Source of the DNA: Octopus vulgaris
Lineage: Eukaryota
Reading direction: 5' to 3'
DNA: 64,000 nt
Assembly (NCBI GenBank): GCA_951406725.2
Contig: OX597838.1
Coordinates: forward strand, 21,142,001 to 21,206,000
Shown: positions 16,086 to 31,055 of the stretch, one piece after another
How the letters are laid out: each line of letters opens with the position of its first letter
Numbering within the stretch: the first letter of the stretch is position 1
Notes under the pieces: model-generated
What the model was told of the DNA's origin: nothing
The model's database searches: none
The model's input: only the letters and a program-made list of their open reading frames with translations
Translations under genes and position numbers: made by a program

Positions 16086-16160
16086 CATATATATATATAC
16101 ATACATATATATATATACATACATATATACATACATATATATATATATATATATACATAC

Positions 16161-16198
<38 letters not shown>

Positions 16199-17649
16199 AT
16201 ACATACATACATATATATATACATACATACATATATATATACATACATACATATATATATACATACATACATATATATATATATACATACATACATATAT
16301 ATATACATACATACATATATATATACATACATACATATATATATATACATACGTTCCCCTGCTCCCGCCCACGTTGCCGCACTTGCCCTTACCTCTCCAA
16401 CACCACCCGCCTCACTAGCACCCACCATCGACCCTATCCCATCATCCACTCCTTCACCTGCACCTCCAGCAATATTATCTATTGCATCTCTTGCTTTCTC
16501 TGCAATTCCTTGTACATCGGACAAACGGGACGCCGCTTGGCTGACCGGTTCGCGGAACACCTTCGTGACATCCACCTTGTGAACGACACACCGGTCTCAC
16601 GCCATTTCCGCTCCACCGGTCACTCCTTGCAACACCTATCTGTGTTCGGTTTGTCCTTACACAGAGGCCATCCGGATTCCCGTTTGCGCCGTGAACAGGA
16701 ATTAATCTTCTCTCTTCGCTCTTATATGCCATTTGGTCTCAACTCTCCCCCCCTCCTCACCTATCCTTTCTCCCCCCGACCCCTACTTCTTCAGTCCTTC
16801 ATCCTTTCACCCCTACTCCCCTTCCCTTCTTCCCTCTTTCTCCCTCCCTCTTCCCCTTCCCTCTGCTCCCTCACTCCCTCTCTCGACTTCTCTCTCCCCC
16901 TCTCCTCCTTCATCCCCCTCATCCCCTTCCTTCTCCCCCATCCTCTCCTCTCCCCCCTCTTCTCCCTCTCCCCCTCTTCTCCTCACTACACCACATGACT
17001 TTACACATCACATCACATATGATGTGCCATACTAATACACACACCAACTAATACATACTAATACGTACTAATACATACTAGTACATACTAATACTTACAC
17101 CAACCCTATACATACACACGTCCAGACCCCGCATACGCACTTATACTCTCTCACACACACACACACACACCTATACATACCAATACGTACTAATACATAC
17201 TAATACATACACCAACCCCATACATACGCACGTCCAGACCAATCTTACGCACTAATACTCTCTCATACACACACACACACACCCTTATACATACTAATAC
17301 ATACACCAACCCTATACATACACACATCCAGACCCCTCCCACGCACTTTTAGCTGGTCCCTCAACCCTATTATCTCCCCTTATTTCGCTCTCGCGTCTCA
17401 TGTTTGATCTTTGACCTCTGGCCGAAATCAGATCGCCATGTTGATTCGTTAGCTACTGCACGCATTTTTTTCTCTCCTTCTTTCTGTGTTTTTCTCTCTC
17501 TGTGTATCTTTCTGTTGAAGAGCGTAGGCTCGAAACGTTAAAGACTTGTTTTATTTATATTTCCTGAGCGCCATACTAATACAATTGTTCGTTTGTTTTC
17601 CACCTGCCTTCGTCTTTTGTTTATTTTCATAAAGCTTCCCGTTATATAT

Positions 17650-17680
<31 letters not shown>

Positions 17681-17689
17681 CATACATAC

Positions 17690-17720
<31 letters not shown>

Positions 17721-18683
17721 CATATAATAATGATAATAATATAATATATAAATATATGCATATATACATACATATATGTACATAACTACATATATATGTA
17801 TGTATATATACATGCATATATGGGTACAGGACATCAAAAAAAAAACGTTGAACACAATGAGAAATGAAAACATAAAAACAAAAACATAGACACGAACTTT
17901 TTTTCAAACAACTAAAAAAACAAACAGAGAAACGAGACATGCAACATAAAGAATATTCCCCTTCTTCAGTTGTCCCGGTTTCATCTACTCCACATTTTGA
18001 TATATATTGAGAGAGGTAGATAGATGGATGTGTAAAGGTAAGATCTAAGGATCAAGGTGTACGAGTGAGCTTCAAGCAGTCCACAGAAGATATAAAAAAA
18101 AAACAACTTTCAGGAAAAATAGTTGTCTATTAGCACAGGAGGCTGTAAATTTTTCCTTGAGCAAGTGTTTTCTACTATAGCCTTGGGCCGACCAAAGCCA
18201 TGTGAGTGGATTTGGTAGACGGAAACTGAAGGAAGCTTGTTGTATATATGTATACTTATATGTATGTGTGTGTATATGTTTGTGTCGAGGTATGATAAGC
18301 TGAAAAAAGAGGCTATTTTATAGTTCACGGTGAGTAACTGGAGTTGCTGTATATGCGAAAATGTATCCAAAAATTAAGGAATGGAGTAGATAAAATCCAG
18401 GCTACATATGTTTCATAGCAAGCAGAACCTTGGGAGTATTAATCATCCAAACAAGGAAAAGACAGCAAGCTACTCTTCAGGCCAAGTATACCTTGATTAC
18501 ATGAAGTTTACATGTAAACTACATGTTATTAGGATCTCCTAATGACAATGTAAACTTTAGGTATCCAATGTGTCCTTGGCCTGAATAGTAGCTTGCAGTC
18601 TACCCCTTGTTTGGATAATTACTACTTCTGAGGTTTCACTAGCTATGAAACATATGTAGCCTGGATTTTATCTACTCCAATTT

Positions 18684-18721
<38 letters not shown>

Positions 18722-20417
18722 GTGGCTGTGTGGTAAGTAGCTTGCTTACCAACCACATGGTTCCGGGTTCATTCTCACTGCGTGGAACCTTAGGCAAGTG
18801 TCTTCTACTATAGCTTTGGGCCAACCAAAGCCTAAGCACAGGAATGACTGTGTGGTAAGTAGCTTGCTTACCAGTCACATGTTTCCGGGTTCATTCCCAC
18901 TGCATGGAACCTTGGGCAAGTGTCTTCTACAATAGCCTCGGCCAACCAAAGCCTAGGCACAGGAGTGGCTGTGTGGTATGTAGCTTGCTTACCAACTAGA
19001 TGGTTGTGGAGGCACATGGCCTAGTGGTTAGAGCAGCGGACTCAGGGTTGACAGATCACGGGTTCAAATATCAGACCGGGCAATGTGTGTGTTTATGAGT
19101 GAAACACCTAAGCTCCATGCGGCTCCGGTAGAAGGTCATAACAAACTTCTGCTGACTCTTTCGCCTCAACTTTCTCTCACTCTTTCCTCCTGCATCTTGC
19201 AGCTCACCTGCGACGGACCGGCGTTCCGTCCAGGTGGGGAATCTATACACCAAGGAAACCGGCCTTTATGAGCCAGGCATGGCTTGAGAAGGAACAAACA
19301 ACCAGATGGTTCTGGGTTCATTCCCACTTGTGGCACCTTGAGCAAGTCTCTTTTATTATAGCCTCGGGCCGACCAAAGCCCGGGTGCAGGAGTGGCTATG
19401 TGGTAAGTAGCGTGCTTACCAACCACAGGGTTCTGGGTTCAGTCCCACTGCATGGCTCCTTGAGCAAGTGTTTTCTACTATAGACTTGGGCCGACCAAAG
19501 CCATGTGAGTGGATTTGGTAGACGGAAACTGAAGGAAGCTTGTTGTATATATGTATACTTATATGTATGTGTGTGTATATGTTTGTGTGTCTGTGTTTGT
19601 CCCCCTGAACATCGCTTGAAAACCGATGCTGGTGTGTTTATGTCCCCGTAACTTAGCAGTTCGTCAAAAGATACTGATAGAATAAGTACTAGGCTAACAA
19701 AGAATAAGTCCTGGGGTCGATTTGTTCGACTAAAGGCGGTGCTCCAGCATGGCCGCAGTCAGATGACTGAAACAAGTAAAAGTGTATACATATATATGTA
19801 TATGTATGTATAGTTTAGGAAAATCAATAAGCTGTCAATAATAGTTTTAAATACCGGAGCTAAGAGCTACCAAGCATTCTCATTGGCTATTATGATAATA
19901 GACGCTATAAAAAACCACTGAATAAAAGGGAAGTATGTGTGTGTGTGTGGATATGTGTATGAGTACATAAATACACATGCGTGAGTATGGGCATGTACAT
20001 ATATGTTTGTGTGAGTGTGTACGTATGTAGACATTGTGAATGCAGGAGGTTTCGATGGTTGCGTGCATTTTTTTATCTTTTTTCCTACCTATTAGAGTAA
20101 CTTCCCTTTTATTCAATGGTTTTGTTTGTTTTTTTATTTATAGCGCCTATTGTCGCAATAGCCAATGAGAATGCATCGTAGCTCTTAACTCCGGCATTTC
20201 AAACTGAATCCTATTACGACAGCTTACTGATTGTCATAAACTATACATATATAAATTCCTGTTTACCTAATATCGAAGTCTCATTCTCTGGTAGTCATTT
20301 TATTATTATTATAATATATATATATATTAAACCCTCCTTCTTTCCTGAGCGTCCAGTAATACTATACTTGTTCCACATCCTCGAGTTGTTGTGTTTTCTC
20401 TGTTTTCATGTTTGGAT

Positions 20418-20452
<35 letters not shown>

Positions 20453-20585
20453 TCATCAATGTGAAACAAGACGGAAAAAAAAAAGAGTACTCAAATACCA
20501 GGGGTAGAGTTTTTAACAAAACTGTCCGACGAACGGGAAACTCCAAGTAACAGGTTTTGTTGAATTTCTGCTGCTTTTAAATAAA

Positions 20586-20640
<55 letters not shown>

Positions 20641-20824
20641 ATCCAAACAAGAAAACACAAAAAAAAAAACGCGAGGACGTGGAACAAATATAGTATTATT
20701 GGACGCTCAGGAAAGAAGGAGGGTTTAACATTTCGAGCGGAGCTCTTCGTCGGAAACATAGGAGAAGGAAAGATCCAGAGAAGGGAAGACAGAGGAAAAA
20801 AATCACCAACGGTACACACGAGGT

Positions 20825-20889
<65 letters not shown>

Positions 20890-22069
20890 ATAATAATTAT
20901 AATAATAATCATAAAATGACAACCAAAGAATGAGACCTTTTTGATTTACTATCAGGTGACTGGTCAACTCTTTATATTTATATAGTTTGTTTCTTCTCAA
21001 GCCATACCTGGTTCATTAGGGCCGGTCTCCCGGATTCCTCCACCTTTATATTTATATACAGCACCAAATTCACTCACAAGCTCATGCCTTGTGAAATGAA
21101 GTGCCCATGGGAGAAGCTACTCCCCCAAAATACAATGGTACCATAATTAAACCTTTGGTTTTGAATGAGCCATCTTCAACACACAACAAAATAATCCATC
21201 GTCTTAGTGTGAGACGTTTTACGCAGTTAGCTAATTAAGCATCCATCAGTGAGGTAATTAATACATCAGCACAGAGACTTGGGAGACACTTGCTGCCGAC
21301 TGCTCATCCTGGCACAGCGCAATCACCACAGGAGCAGGGACAGCCAAGGAGGGACGGATTCGGTCAGCAGAGCAGAAACGCCAGATGCGGAAAGCCAGAG
21401 CCGCCTGCACCAGTAGCACGGCCCCTACCCACTTCTGCCCTACCTGTGGGAGGGGCTTCCTTGCCCGGATTGGCCTCGCCAGCCACCTCCGGTCTCATAG
21501 CGGCAGTTCCACCAGATGATGTCAGTGGTCATCTTTGAACCTGAAGGACGAACATTATTATTATTATTATTATTATTATTAATACAACATGAAAGATATA
21601 CAGTGTCACCAACCTGTTTGGCAGTTGTTGCCCTCATATCCAGCCGCACATCCACCACTGGAGCAAACACCAGTCTCACGGCTACATCTGCTGTTGTTTG
21701 CACAATGACATGTACTGTGGCAGTTTGGTCCGAATTTACCAGTAACACATGCTGTAGAGTAGAACATGAGCCCGTGATAATTATAATGAAATCGTAAACT
21801 AACATAGTATATTGTATATATTCACACACACACACACACAAAGCATACACAGTCAGATGTAATCTTTGCTGGCCCTCGTTCATCAACTTAGCAGTCAACT
21901 CGATCGTCAGGTGTTTAGCTGCGGTCATCACAGTCTTGGCCCCTAAACACAACCGTTCTGTTTGCTGGGCCCAACTTGACTGGGGTTTGGCGCCTTCCCA
22001 GTCAGACTGTCTTGTTGACTGCTCCCTTCAAGGTGGTCACTATCTGAAAGAAGCCCGTTGAATATAGGT

Positions 22070-22147
<78 letters not shown>

Positions 22148-24002
22148 GTGTGTATATTTGTGTGTCTGTGTTTGCCACCCCAACATCGCTTGACAACTGA
22201 TGCTGGTATGTTTACATCCCCGTAACTTAGCAGTTAAGCAAAACAGACCGATAGAATAAGTACTAGGCTAGCAAAGAATAAGTCCTGGGTTTGATTTGCT
22301 CCACTAAAGGCAATGCTACAGCATGGCCACAGTCAAATGACTGAAACAAGTAAGAGTAATAGTCTCAAATTTTGACACTGGGGTGGGCAGCAAGTTCTTC
22401 AGGGGAGTGGGAAGCTAGTTACATCAACCCCAGTACATGACTAGTACTTATTTTATCAATCCAGAAAGAATGAAAGGCAAAGTAGACCATCATAGAATTT
22501 GGATTCAGAACTTAATGATGGATGAAATGCCACTGAGCATTTCAACCAGCACGCTAACAATTCTGCTAGCTTGCCACCTTCAACAATATCTCAATATACT
22601 ATTGGATTGTCCAGAAAGTTCGTGCTGATTTATAGTAGCTTACCTTTCGACTTATTTTAGAACATGGTCAAGTCCATAAAATAGGATTTGACTACACCTC
22701 CATTTAGAGCACAGTTTAAGCTGTCTTTTCGTGGAAGAATATTCATGTTCCTATAACCTGTGTCAATTCTGTAACCCTTTAAAATGGAAGATAAGCACTT
22801 AATGCTTTGGGAACCAGACAAACATTGCTGCAGCTTGGCTGGGATGTGTTACCCCACCTTCCATATTCACCAGATATTGCTCCTTCGGATTTCCACTTAT
22901 TCAGGTCTCTGCAGAATAGTCTTAATGGTAAAAATTTCAATTCCTTGGATGACGTAAAAAGATACCTTGATGAATTCTTTGCCATGAAACCACCTCAATT
23001 CTGGGAAGAGGGTATTTTCAAGTTAAGGGACGCATTGTGCAACAAAATGGTTCATATTTGGTTGATTAAAAATGTAATGGCAAGTATTTATTGACCTTTT
23101 TCTTTCCTTTAAAAATCAGCACAAACTTTCCAGACAACCCGATAATATGTTAGAAAAACAGTAAATATGCTACAACACTCACCATTTTGACAGTTGCTGC
23201 CTTTGTAACCTGGAGCGCATCCTCCACTAGAACACACTCCAGTCTGGCGGTTACACTTGCTGTTGTCTGCACAGTGGCATTTATTTTGGCAGTTTGGTCC
23301 AAATGCATTTGTTGTGCACGCTGAAAGAGAAAAATGAAGTACTGCTTGGGATGATGGTGATGGAGATAATCATGGGTAATGGTAGTAGAAGTAGTCACAA
23401 GGTGATCATAATGGTTGGTAGTGATGGCAGTTGTAGTGGCTGAGATGTTGATGATGGTATTATAAATATTATAATATACATTATACATATACATCATCAT
23501 CATCATCATTTCGCGTCCGTTTTCCATGCTAGCATGGGTTGGACGGTTCAACTGGGGTCTGTGAAGCCGGAAGGCTGCATCAGGCCCAGTCAGATCTGGC
23601 AGTGTTTCTATGGCTGGATGCCCTTCCTAATGCCAATGCCCTTCCTAACGTCAACAAATATACATATATCTATACAAGCATATATACATATACACATACA
23701 TACACACATGCTCCAGCATGGCCACAGTCAAATGACTGAAACAAGTAAAAGAGTAAAGAGTAAAAAAGTACATAAAACTTTCTTTTGTTTTCTGTGTAAG
23801 TCGGACCCTTTTATATACATATGTATATACACATTTTTGTATTTCATGTATTTAATATACTTTAGATATTGATCAGACTAATTTGTTTATCCCTACACTT
23901 ACATATATATATATACTTTTATTCTTTTACTTGTTTCAGTAATCTGACAGAGGCCATGAGTGGACAAATGAAAGAAAAAGTCACTTAACACATTTAGTAG
24001 GA

Positions 24003-24035
<33 letters not shown>

Positions 24036-27000
24036 TAAGACAGTTTCATTTGGTTCCATGTGGCTTAAAGTGTCACAGGCTTCTAATAGGAACATGGTTC
24101 ATTCAGGCTTAGATTCAGTAGTGGAGAAGTATTGGAAGTCCATGATGGCTACTGGAAAATGGGCTGCTATTGGTCAAGGTGGGGTACATGATGTTGTTAG
24201 AGGTGAGATCGGCAGCTCAGCAACACCAGATGTGTGAGAAAGTAGAATTTCTTGGCCGACTGGCTGGATGGGGATCTGGTGGTGTCTTGCTGTTTGAGAA
24301 GCTGACAGAAGCAAAGCAAGCAAATGTGTGTGTATATGTCTGCCAAAAAATCAAATGGAAATTGTAGTAGTGATACCCATGCCGGTGGCACGTAAAAAGC
24401 ACCATCCAAGCGTGGGTGATGCCAGCGCCAACTTGACTGGCTTCTGTGCCAGTGGCAAGTAAAAAGTACCAACTGATCATGGCCATTGCCAGCCTCCGGT
24501 GGCACATAAAAGGCACCCACTACACTCTTGGAGTGGTTGGCATTAGGAAGGGCATCCAGCTGTAGAAACACTGCCCTAGATCTATCATGGACGTTTTAGC
24601 GGCTGACGTATGTTTACGTTTGCTATCGTGTACTTTATCTCTTTAGGTGCACGCACTCGCCGTCCCGTGCATTATCTTAGCTATTTTAGGTTACGTTCAA
24701 GTCATGAGACTAGCAGTAGACCAATGACATGCGGATACTTTACATGCATAATACTGTGTTTTGAGTTGTACCACACGCAAGCTATTTTCTCAACTTGAGC
24801 AGAATAACTCGTGCATGTCATATTATGATAGATAGCTTCACATAGTTCGTTTTCATAAACCGGTAGACGTAAATGTACGATGCTATGTTATTGTAACGGT
24901 GAAGGTAAATAGATGCTAGCTCATTGGCACTTGTGTGGCCTCATTAAATAAAAAAAAACGGAGCAGTGTCTTGCATGCTTCGGATAATACCGGTTTCAAG
25001 GGGTTAATGTCAGGCTGAATTCTTTGAATATTTTTATCTCAAGCCATACGACTGGCCACGCCATGGACAAGTTTGGGAAGGATCTGATAAAAACATTCAA
25101 AAGAAAAATATTAACATGCATAAAACAACCCTTGTGAAGCTCAATGAATATTTACAAAGTCCTATTATTTTCACTAACCTTTTTGACAGTTGTCGCCTTC
25201 GTAACCTGGGGCACATCCTCCACTACTGCATACACCTGTCTGTGTGTGACACTTGCTGTTATCTTTACAGTGACAGTTACTTTGACAGTTTGGTCCAAAT
25301 TTACCTTTTACACATGCTGAAAGAGAATCACAAAGCAATGACAATTATAAGGAAATCAGTAGAGAGTAGAAACTCGCTAAGGGGTGAGTGGACAGCAGGT
25401 GAAAACGCCAGAGGAAGAACTCATGTCAAACAAGTGCTTTGGTCCATTAGCACCTGATATTTTAGGTAAGCTAGACCCACTTAGATCATAACTCATAGGG
25501 ACCCTCCTACTGTTTTTGATATGCTAGCTTTAGTGGGGATTGAACACTGTATCTTCAGGTGATCTTATATCATTGAATTGTCATGAATATGGCTCTGCTA
25601 TGAAGACCACTGCAAGAATTTACACTGTATCTATTTCACACTGCGTTTCATTCCTGCTATGTTTAGCAGCATGCAGTATTCCTTTTCAGCTCCAGCTAAC
25701 ATTTCTCCTTATTCATAACTACATTGGGCTCTTCTCAGCTGTCTTTGACAGGCATTTGCTCATCGATGTTCTTTTGTAACCTTTGATTTTGAACTGACCT
25801 CGTCCTATATAACTGATTAATTTATCACCTATACTGCAATTGCCTATAATGTAAGGGCCACTATTACTCAAAGCTGGTTGTTCTTTTACCCCCACTACTC
25901 AGGTACATCTGACCCACTCATCTCAGCACCTCTCATTTTGTTATGACTGGCCTCACTGGCCCAGCACAAACCACTATTTCCAGTCCTTCCACTCTAGGAC
26001 ATTGGTCCTCTAGAATTGTGTCACTTCTGAGATACGGTCTGGGAATCGAAACCACAATCCTATGACCACAAGTCTGCTGCCCTAACCACTGGGCCATTGC
26101 ACCTCTTACTGTATACATAATACAATAATGTTATAAAATTGTTAAGGCAGGCAGTTAGTGGAACTGTTAGCACATCCATCTTTACATTCTGAGTTCAAAT
26201 TCCACAAAGGTCAACTTTACCTTAAGGCAGTGACCTGGCAGAACTGTTAGCATCCCGGGAAAAATGCTTAACATAATTTTGTCTGTCTTTATGTTCTGAG
26301 TTCGAATTGTGTTGACGTTGACTTTACCTTAAGGTAGCAAGCTGACAGAACCATTAGCATGCTGGGCAAAATGCTTAGTGGCATTTTGTCTGTCTTTAAG
26401 TTCTGAGTTCAAATTCCGCCAAGGTCAGCTTTGCCTTTCATCTTTTTGGGGTCAATAAAATAAGTAGCAGTTGAACATGGATCGATATGATTGACTTAGA
26501 CCTTCCCCAGAAATTACTGGCCTTGTGCTGAAATTTGAAACCAATGCCATAAAGTGGTTACATTTACCTGTTTGACAGTTGCTACCCTTATATCCTGCAG
26601 CACATCCTCCACTTGAACACACGCCTGTCTGACGATTGCACTTCTTGTTGTCAGCACAATGACATGTATTTTGACAGTTTGGTCCAAATTCGTTTCCACT
26701 ACAAACTGTAGAAAAGAAAAAGAAATAATTAATTTGAATACTTCGTTAAAAATAAATCTAAACATGGAAAAAAATATGAATTAAAGCACCATCTAAACGT
26801 GGTTGATGCCAGTGTCACCCGACTTGCTCTTGTGCCGGTGGCACATAAGAAGCACCATCCAAACATGGTCGATGCCAGTGCCACCTGATTGGCTCTTGTG
26901 CTGGTGGCATGTAAAAAGCATCCATTACACTCTTGGAGTGGTTGGTGTTAAGAAGGGCATCCAACTGTAGAAACATTACCAGATCAGATTTGAACCTGGT

Positions 27001-30000
27001 GCAGCCTACTGGCTTGCCAGTCCTCAGTCAAACTGTCTGACCTATTCCAGCATGGAAAAAGCCTGAAACTATTTGGAGGAGACGGTAATCAATTACATCA
27101 ACCCCTGTGCTTGAAAGAGAAAGGCAGCACTCGAAGGATTATAACTCAGAGCATTAATGACCAGCTTCCAAGAATTTGTTTAATATGCAAAACTGGTGTA
27201 TACAATAATGTTACACTGCTATATCTAGTGGTTATTTAAGCAGTTCTATATTTAAGAGATGAGGAATTATGCACATTATTTACATTTGACGGATATTTGT
27301 CCTCATCTTTGTTGTTAACACAACGTTTCGGCTGTTATACCCTCCAGCTGTCATCAGGTATCTTGGGGAAATTTTGAACCTGGGTTCTCATTCCTAAGGT
27401 ATTTTTCGATGTTATTATTATTATTGTTAGTGTTCAGGTCACTGCTTAGAATCAAACTCGGAATAACGTAAAAACACTTCTGGCTACAATTTCTATAGAA
27501 TATCTGTATAGATAAACTTAACAAGTGATAACTCAGAACGTATAGACAAATGAAATGCCACAATCATTTTGTTCAACATGTTTATAATTCCATCAGCTCA
27601 TCTTGAGCTAAAAGAAAATAAAAATCAGAAAGAAGTAATGTAAAATTCCTTATGCTTTTTACTCTATAGCACTCAGGTTACCCTGTCAAATGTAATATTT
27701 GTTTATACACATTGTTTTGAATTAAACCTACCTGATCTCAAAGCTTCAAGATATTTTGATGATCTGATTGTTTATTTTTAGAATGACATTGTAGGGTAGG
27801 TGTAAAAGGCCAGAATGTAAAAGAAGATAAAACAGGTAGAATATCTGAACTGGATACAGCCAGTTTAATTGCTAATGGGTTAACCTTTTTGTTACCATAT
27901 TTTTGTTAGATACACTGCTTTTGGTTCAGTTAATTTGGAAAATAAAGAATTTAGTAAAATAACATTGTCATTATTAAGCTGGTGTTTAATCCCTTTAAAA
28001 CAGAAAAGTTTTATCATAGAAAAGGGGACGGTTTCAGGCAGGCTGCATTTAAAATGGTTGAACAACTAAATTTCTATTGTGAAGTATTATATTACAAGCC
28101 TGTATGATAAGCACTCAAGTTCATAATGATTACACAGTTAAACACTATGTCATTGATTGTTACCATGAAAATTGCAATTTCTTCACAACCATTGGAGCAT
28201 GAAGCACTCCTCATGAACGCATGTTTGTGAGATGGTTGTGATCTGTAAACAGTTTTGATCATGAACTGGAAAGAGAAGCATGAACATGCAGTGTGTATGT
28301 GCACACTGAATTCGTAAAACAGAAAAGAATAAAAATGCAATGTGCATGTCAAAATAAAATGGAAGAGAAGAATAAAACAAGTTATACAATGGTCTGCGTT
28401 CCATGTCTGACACCATTATCATGCAGCTATGCTCCAATTTTCTCATAACTAGCTATAAATTTACAGCTGTAGTAGATAATATGAGAAGCATATCACATCA
28501 CCAACCTGTTTGACAGTTGCTACCATCATAACCAGCAGCACATCCTCCACTAGAACACACACCACTTTGATAATTACACTTGCTCTTGTCAGCACAATGA
28601 CATGTCTGCTGACAGTTTTTCCCAAATTTACCATTTTTACATGCTGCAAGAATAAAGGAAAAAAATATTGCAAAGTATTAGTCGAAAAACAAATTCAGAG
28701 TAATCTGAGTACAAAAGAATTAAAGACATAAGAAGTTTTACATTATTTCTTTATGGTTATTATTTTCTTTCAGATTAAGGAGACAAGCTGATGGAATTAT
28801 TAGCATGCTGCGCAAAATGCTTGCAGCATTTCATTTGTCTATATGTTCTGGAGGTGCAATGGCCCAGTGGTTAGGGCAGCGAACTCGCAGTCGGAGGATT
28901 GATTCCCAGACCGGGCGTTGTGTGTGTTTATTTAAATATACCTTAAGGTCCACGAGGCTCCGGCAGGGGATTGTGGCGACTCCTGTTCTACTCTTTTGCT
29001 CCAACTTTCTCTCACTCTTTCTTCCTGTTTCTTGAGTAACGCTGCAATGGACTGGCGTCCCCTCCAGCTGGGGGGAACACATACGCCATGAGCCTGGTTA
29101 GGCTTGAAAAGGGCGCATAAATAAAATAAAATATGTTCTGAATTAACCCTTTAGCATTCAAATGTATGGCCAGATTAAATGCTAAAGAGTTTAATATTAG
29201 TTGAAAAACAAATTCAGTACCAAAAGCAAGCACCCTATGAATAATGATGACGGCAGCATCTTGCTGTCTGAAGAGCATGAAAAAACACAGAACAGCGTTA
29301 AGTGGTTATGTAAACCAATTCATGATGCTGCAGCACTTTTATTCCTGCCTGCACTTTGTAGTTTCAAAGTGAAAGTCAGTCTGTCAATCCGATTCCACTC
29401 TTTAAAAGACTTGGAGGTTTTATGTGCCACCTGCACAGGGGCCAGTCCAGCAGCACTGGCAATGACCTCGCTCGAATGTTTTTTCATGTCCCACCGGCAC
29501 AAGTGCCAGTAAGGTAACACAGGTAACGATCACACTTGAATGGTGCTCTTAGCGCTCCACTAGTAAGGATTCCTGTCATCGAATTTGATTTCAATTTCGA
29601 TTTCGCTTTTGAATTCACTTGCCTCAACAGGTCTTCGCAAGCAGAGTTTAGTGTCCAATGAAGGAAAGGTACGCATAAGTGGGCTGGTTACACCCTTGGT
29701 ATAGGCCACAAGGTTATGGTCTCACTTGTGCTTGCCGAGTCTTCTCAAGCACAGCATATTTCCAAAGGTCCTGGTCACTAGTCATTGCCTCGGTGAGGCC
29801 TAATGTTCGAAGGTCATGCTTCACCACCTCATCCCAGGTCTTCTTGGGTCTACCTCTTCTACAGGTTCCCTCGGCGAAAATCTGCCTCAATGAAATCTAT
29901 TCAACCCATGCAAACATAGAAATGCAGATGATGATGATCATCATCATCGACGATGGCGACAACAATAAAACCTTTTACTAGTTGACATTTGCATCGGTCA

Positions 30001-31012
30001 AGTACAATTGTACACACAAACCAAGGATAATACCAATGAAATATACAAAGTACAACACTTACCTGTTTGGCAGTTGTTACCTTCATAACCAGCAGCACAT
30101 CCACCACTGGAACAAACTCCAGTGTAACGATTACACTTGCTCTTGTCAGCACACTGACATGCACTTTTGCAGTTTGGTCCAAATTTACCAGGTATGCATG
30201 CTATAAGTAGAGTACAACATTATTATTATTTTATACAAGCACAACAGATTAGACTGCTGGAAAAAAATACCTAACGTTAGGCTACAAGTAACACTAGATG
30301 CCAAGAACCACCCTAAGTACTTTAACTTATTATTATTAATAATAATAATAATAATAATCATTAATAATAATAATCAGTAACTTGCCCAAGATGCCACATA
30401 GCAGGACTAAATCCAAGACCACATGGTTGGGAAGCAAACCACCAACCACACATCCATGCCTATGCCTATATATGGCAAATGTTGAGTATTTTATAAAATA
30501 AAAGAAATAAAGAAACCTACTCATAAAATGTACAGTTTCTATTTTGATTGTAAACAAGTCACTGTTCATTGATGAAGGTAATCATCATCATCATCATCAT
30601 TGTTTAACGTCCGTTCTCCATGCTAGCATGGGTTGGACGGTTCGACCGGGATCTGGGAAGCCAGAAGGCTGCACCAGGCTCCAGTCTTATCTGGCAATGT
30701 TTCTACAGCTGGATGCCCTTCCTAACGCCAACCACTCCGTGAGTGTAGTGGGTGCTTTTTACGTGCCACCTGCACAGGTGCCAGGCGAGGCTGGCAACGG
30801 CCACCATAAAGGTGAAGCTGATCTTCGTCTGTCTGTCCATAACAACATATATGTAGAGGGAGGGAAGAAAGAGAGGAGAAAATTTGTTGAGAGAGAGTGT
30901 GTGTGACTGAAGGATAGATAGGTAGTGCTGTCACCTTAGTAACTAACAAGTTTTGGTTAAAACGCAGGAAAGAAGTCTGTTAACACTTTGCAACACAGAC
31001 TAATTTTAAAAA

Positions 31013-31055
<43 letters not shown>

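Noticed and set aside
12670-16575. Long Y/I/V/C/M-rich ORFs
   Set aside because: TA/CATA microsatellites; only the GIY-YIG segment (~16351-16745) is real coding remnant.
19007-19085. tRNA genes
   Set aside because: The tRNA-like A/B boxes continue into conserved SINE bodies with many diverged copies.
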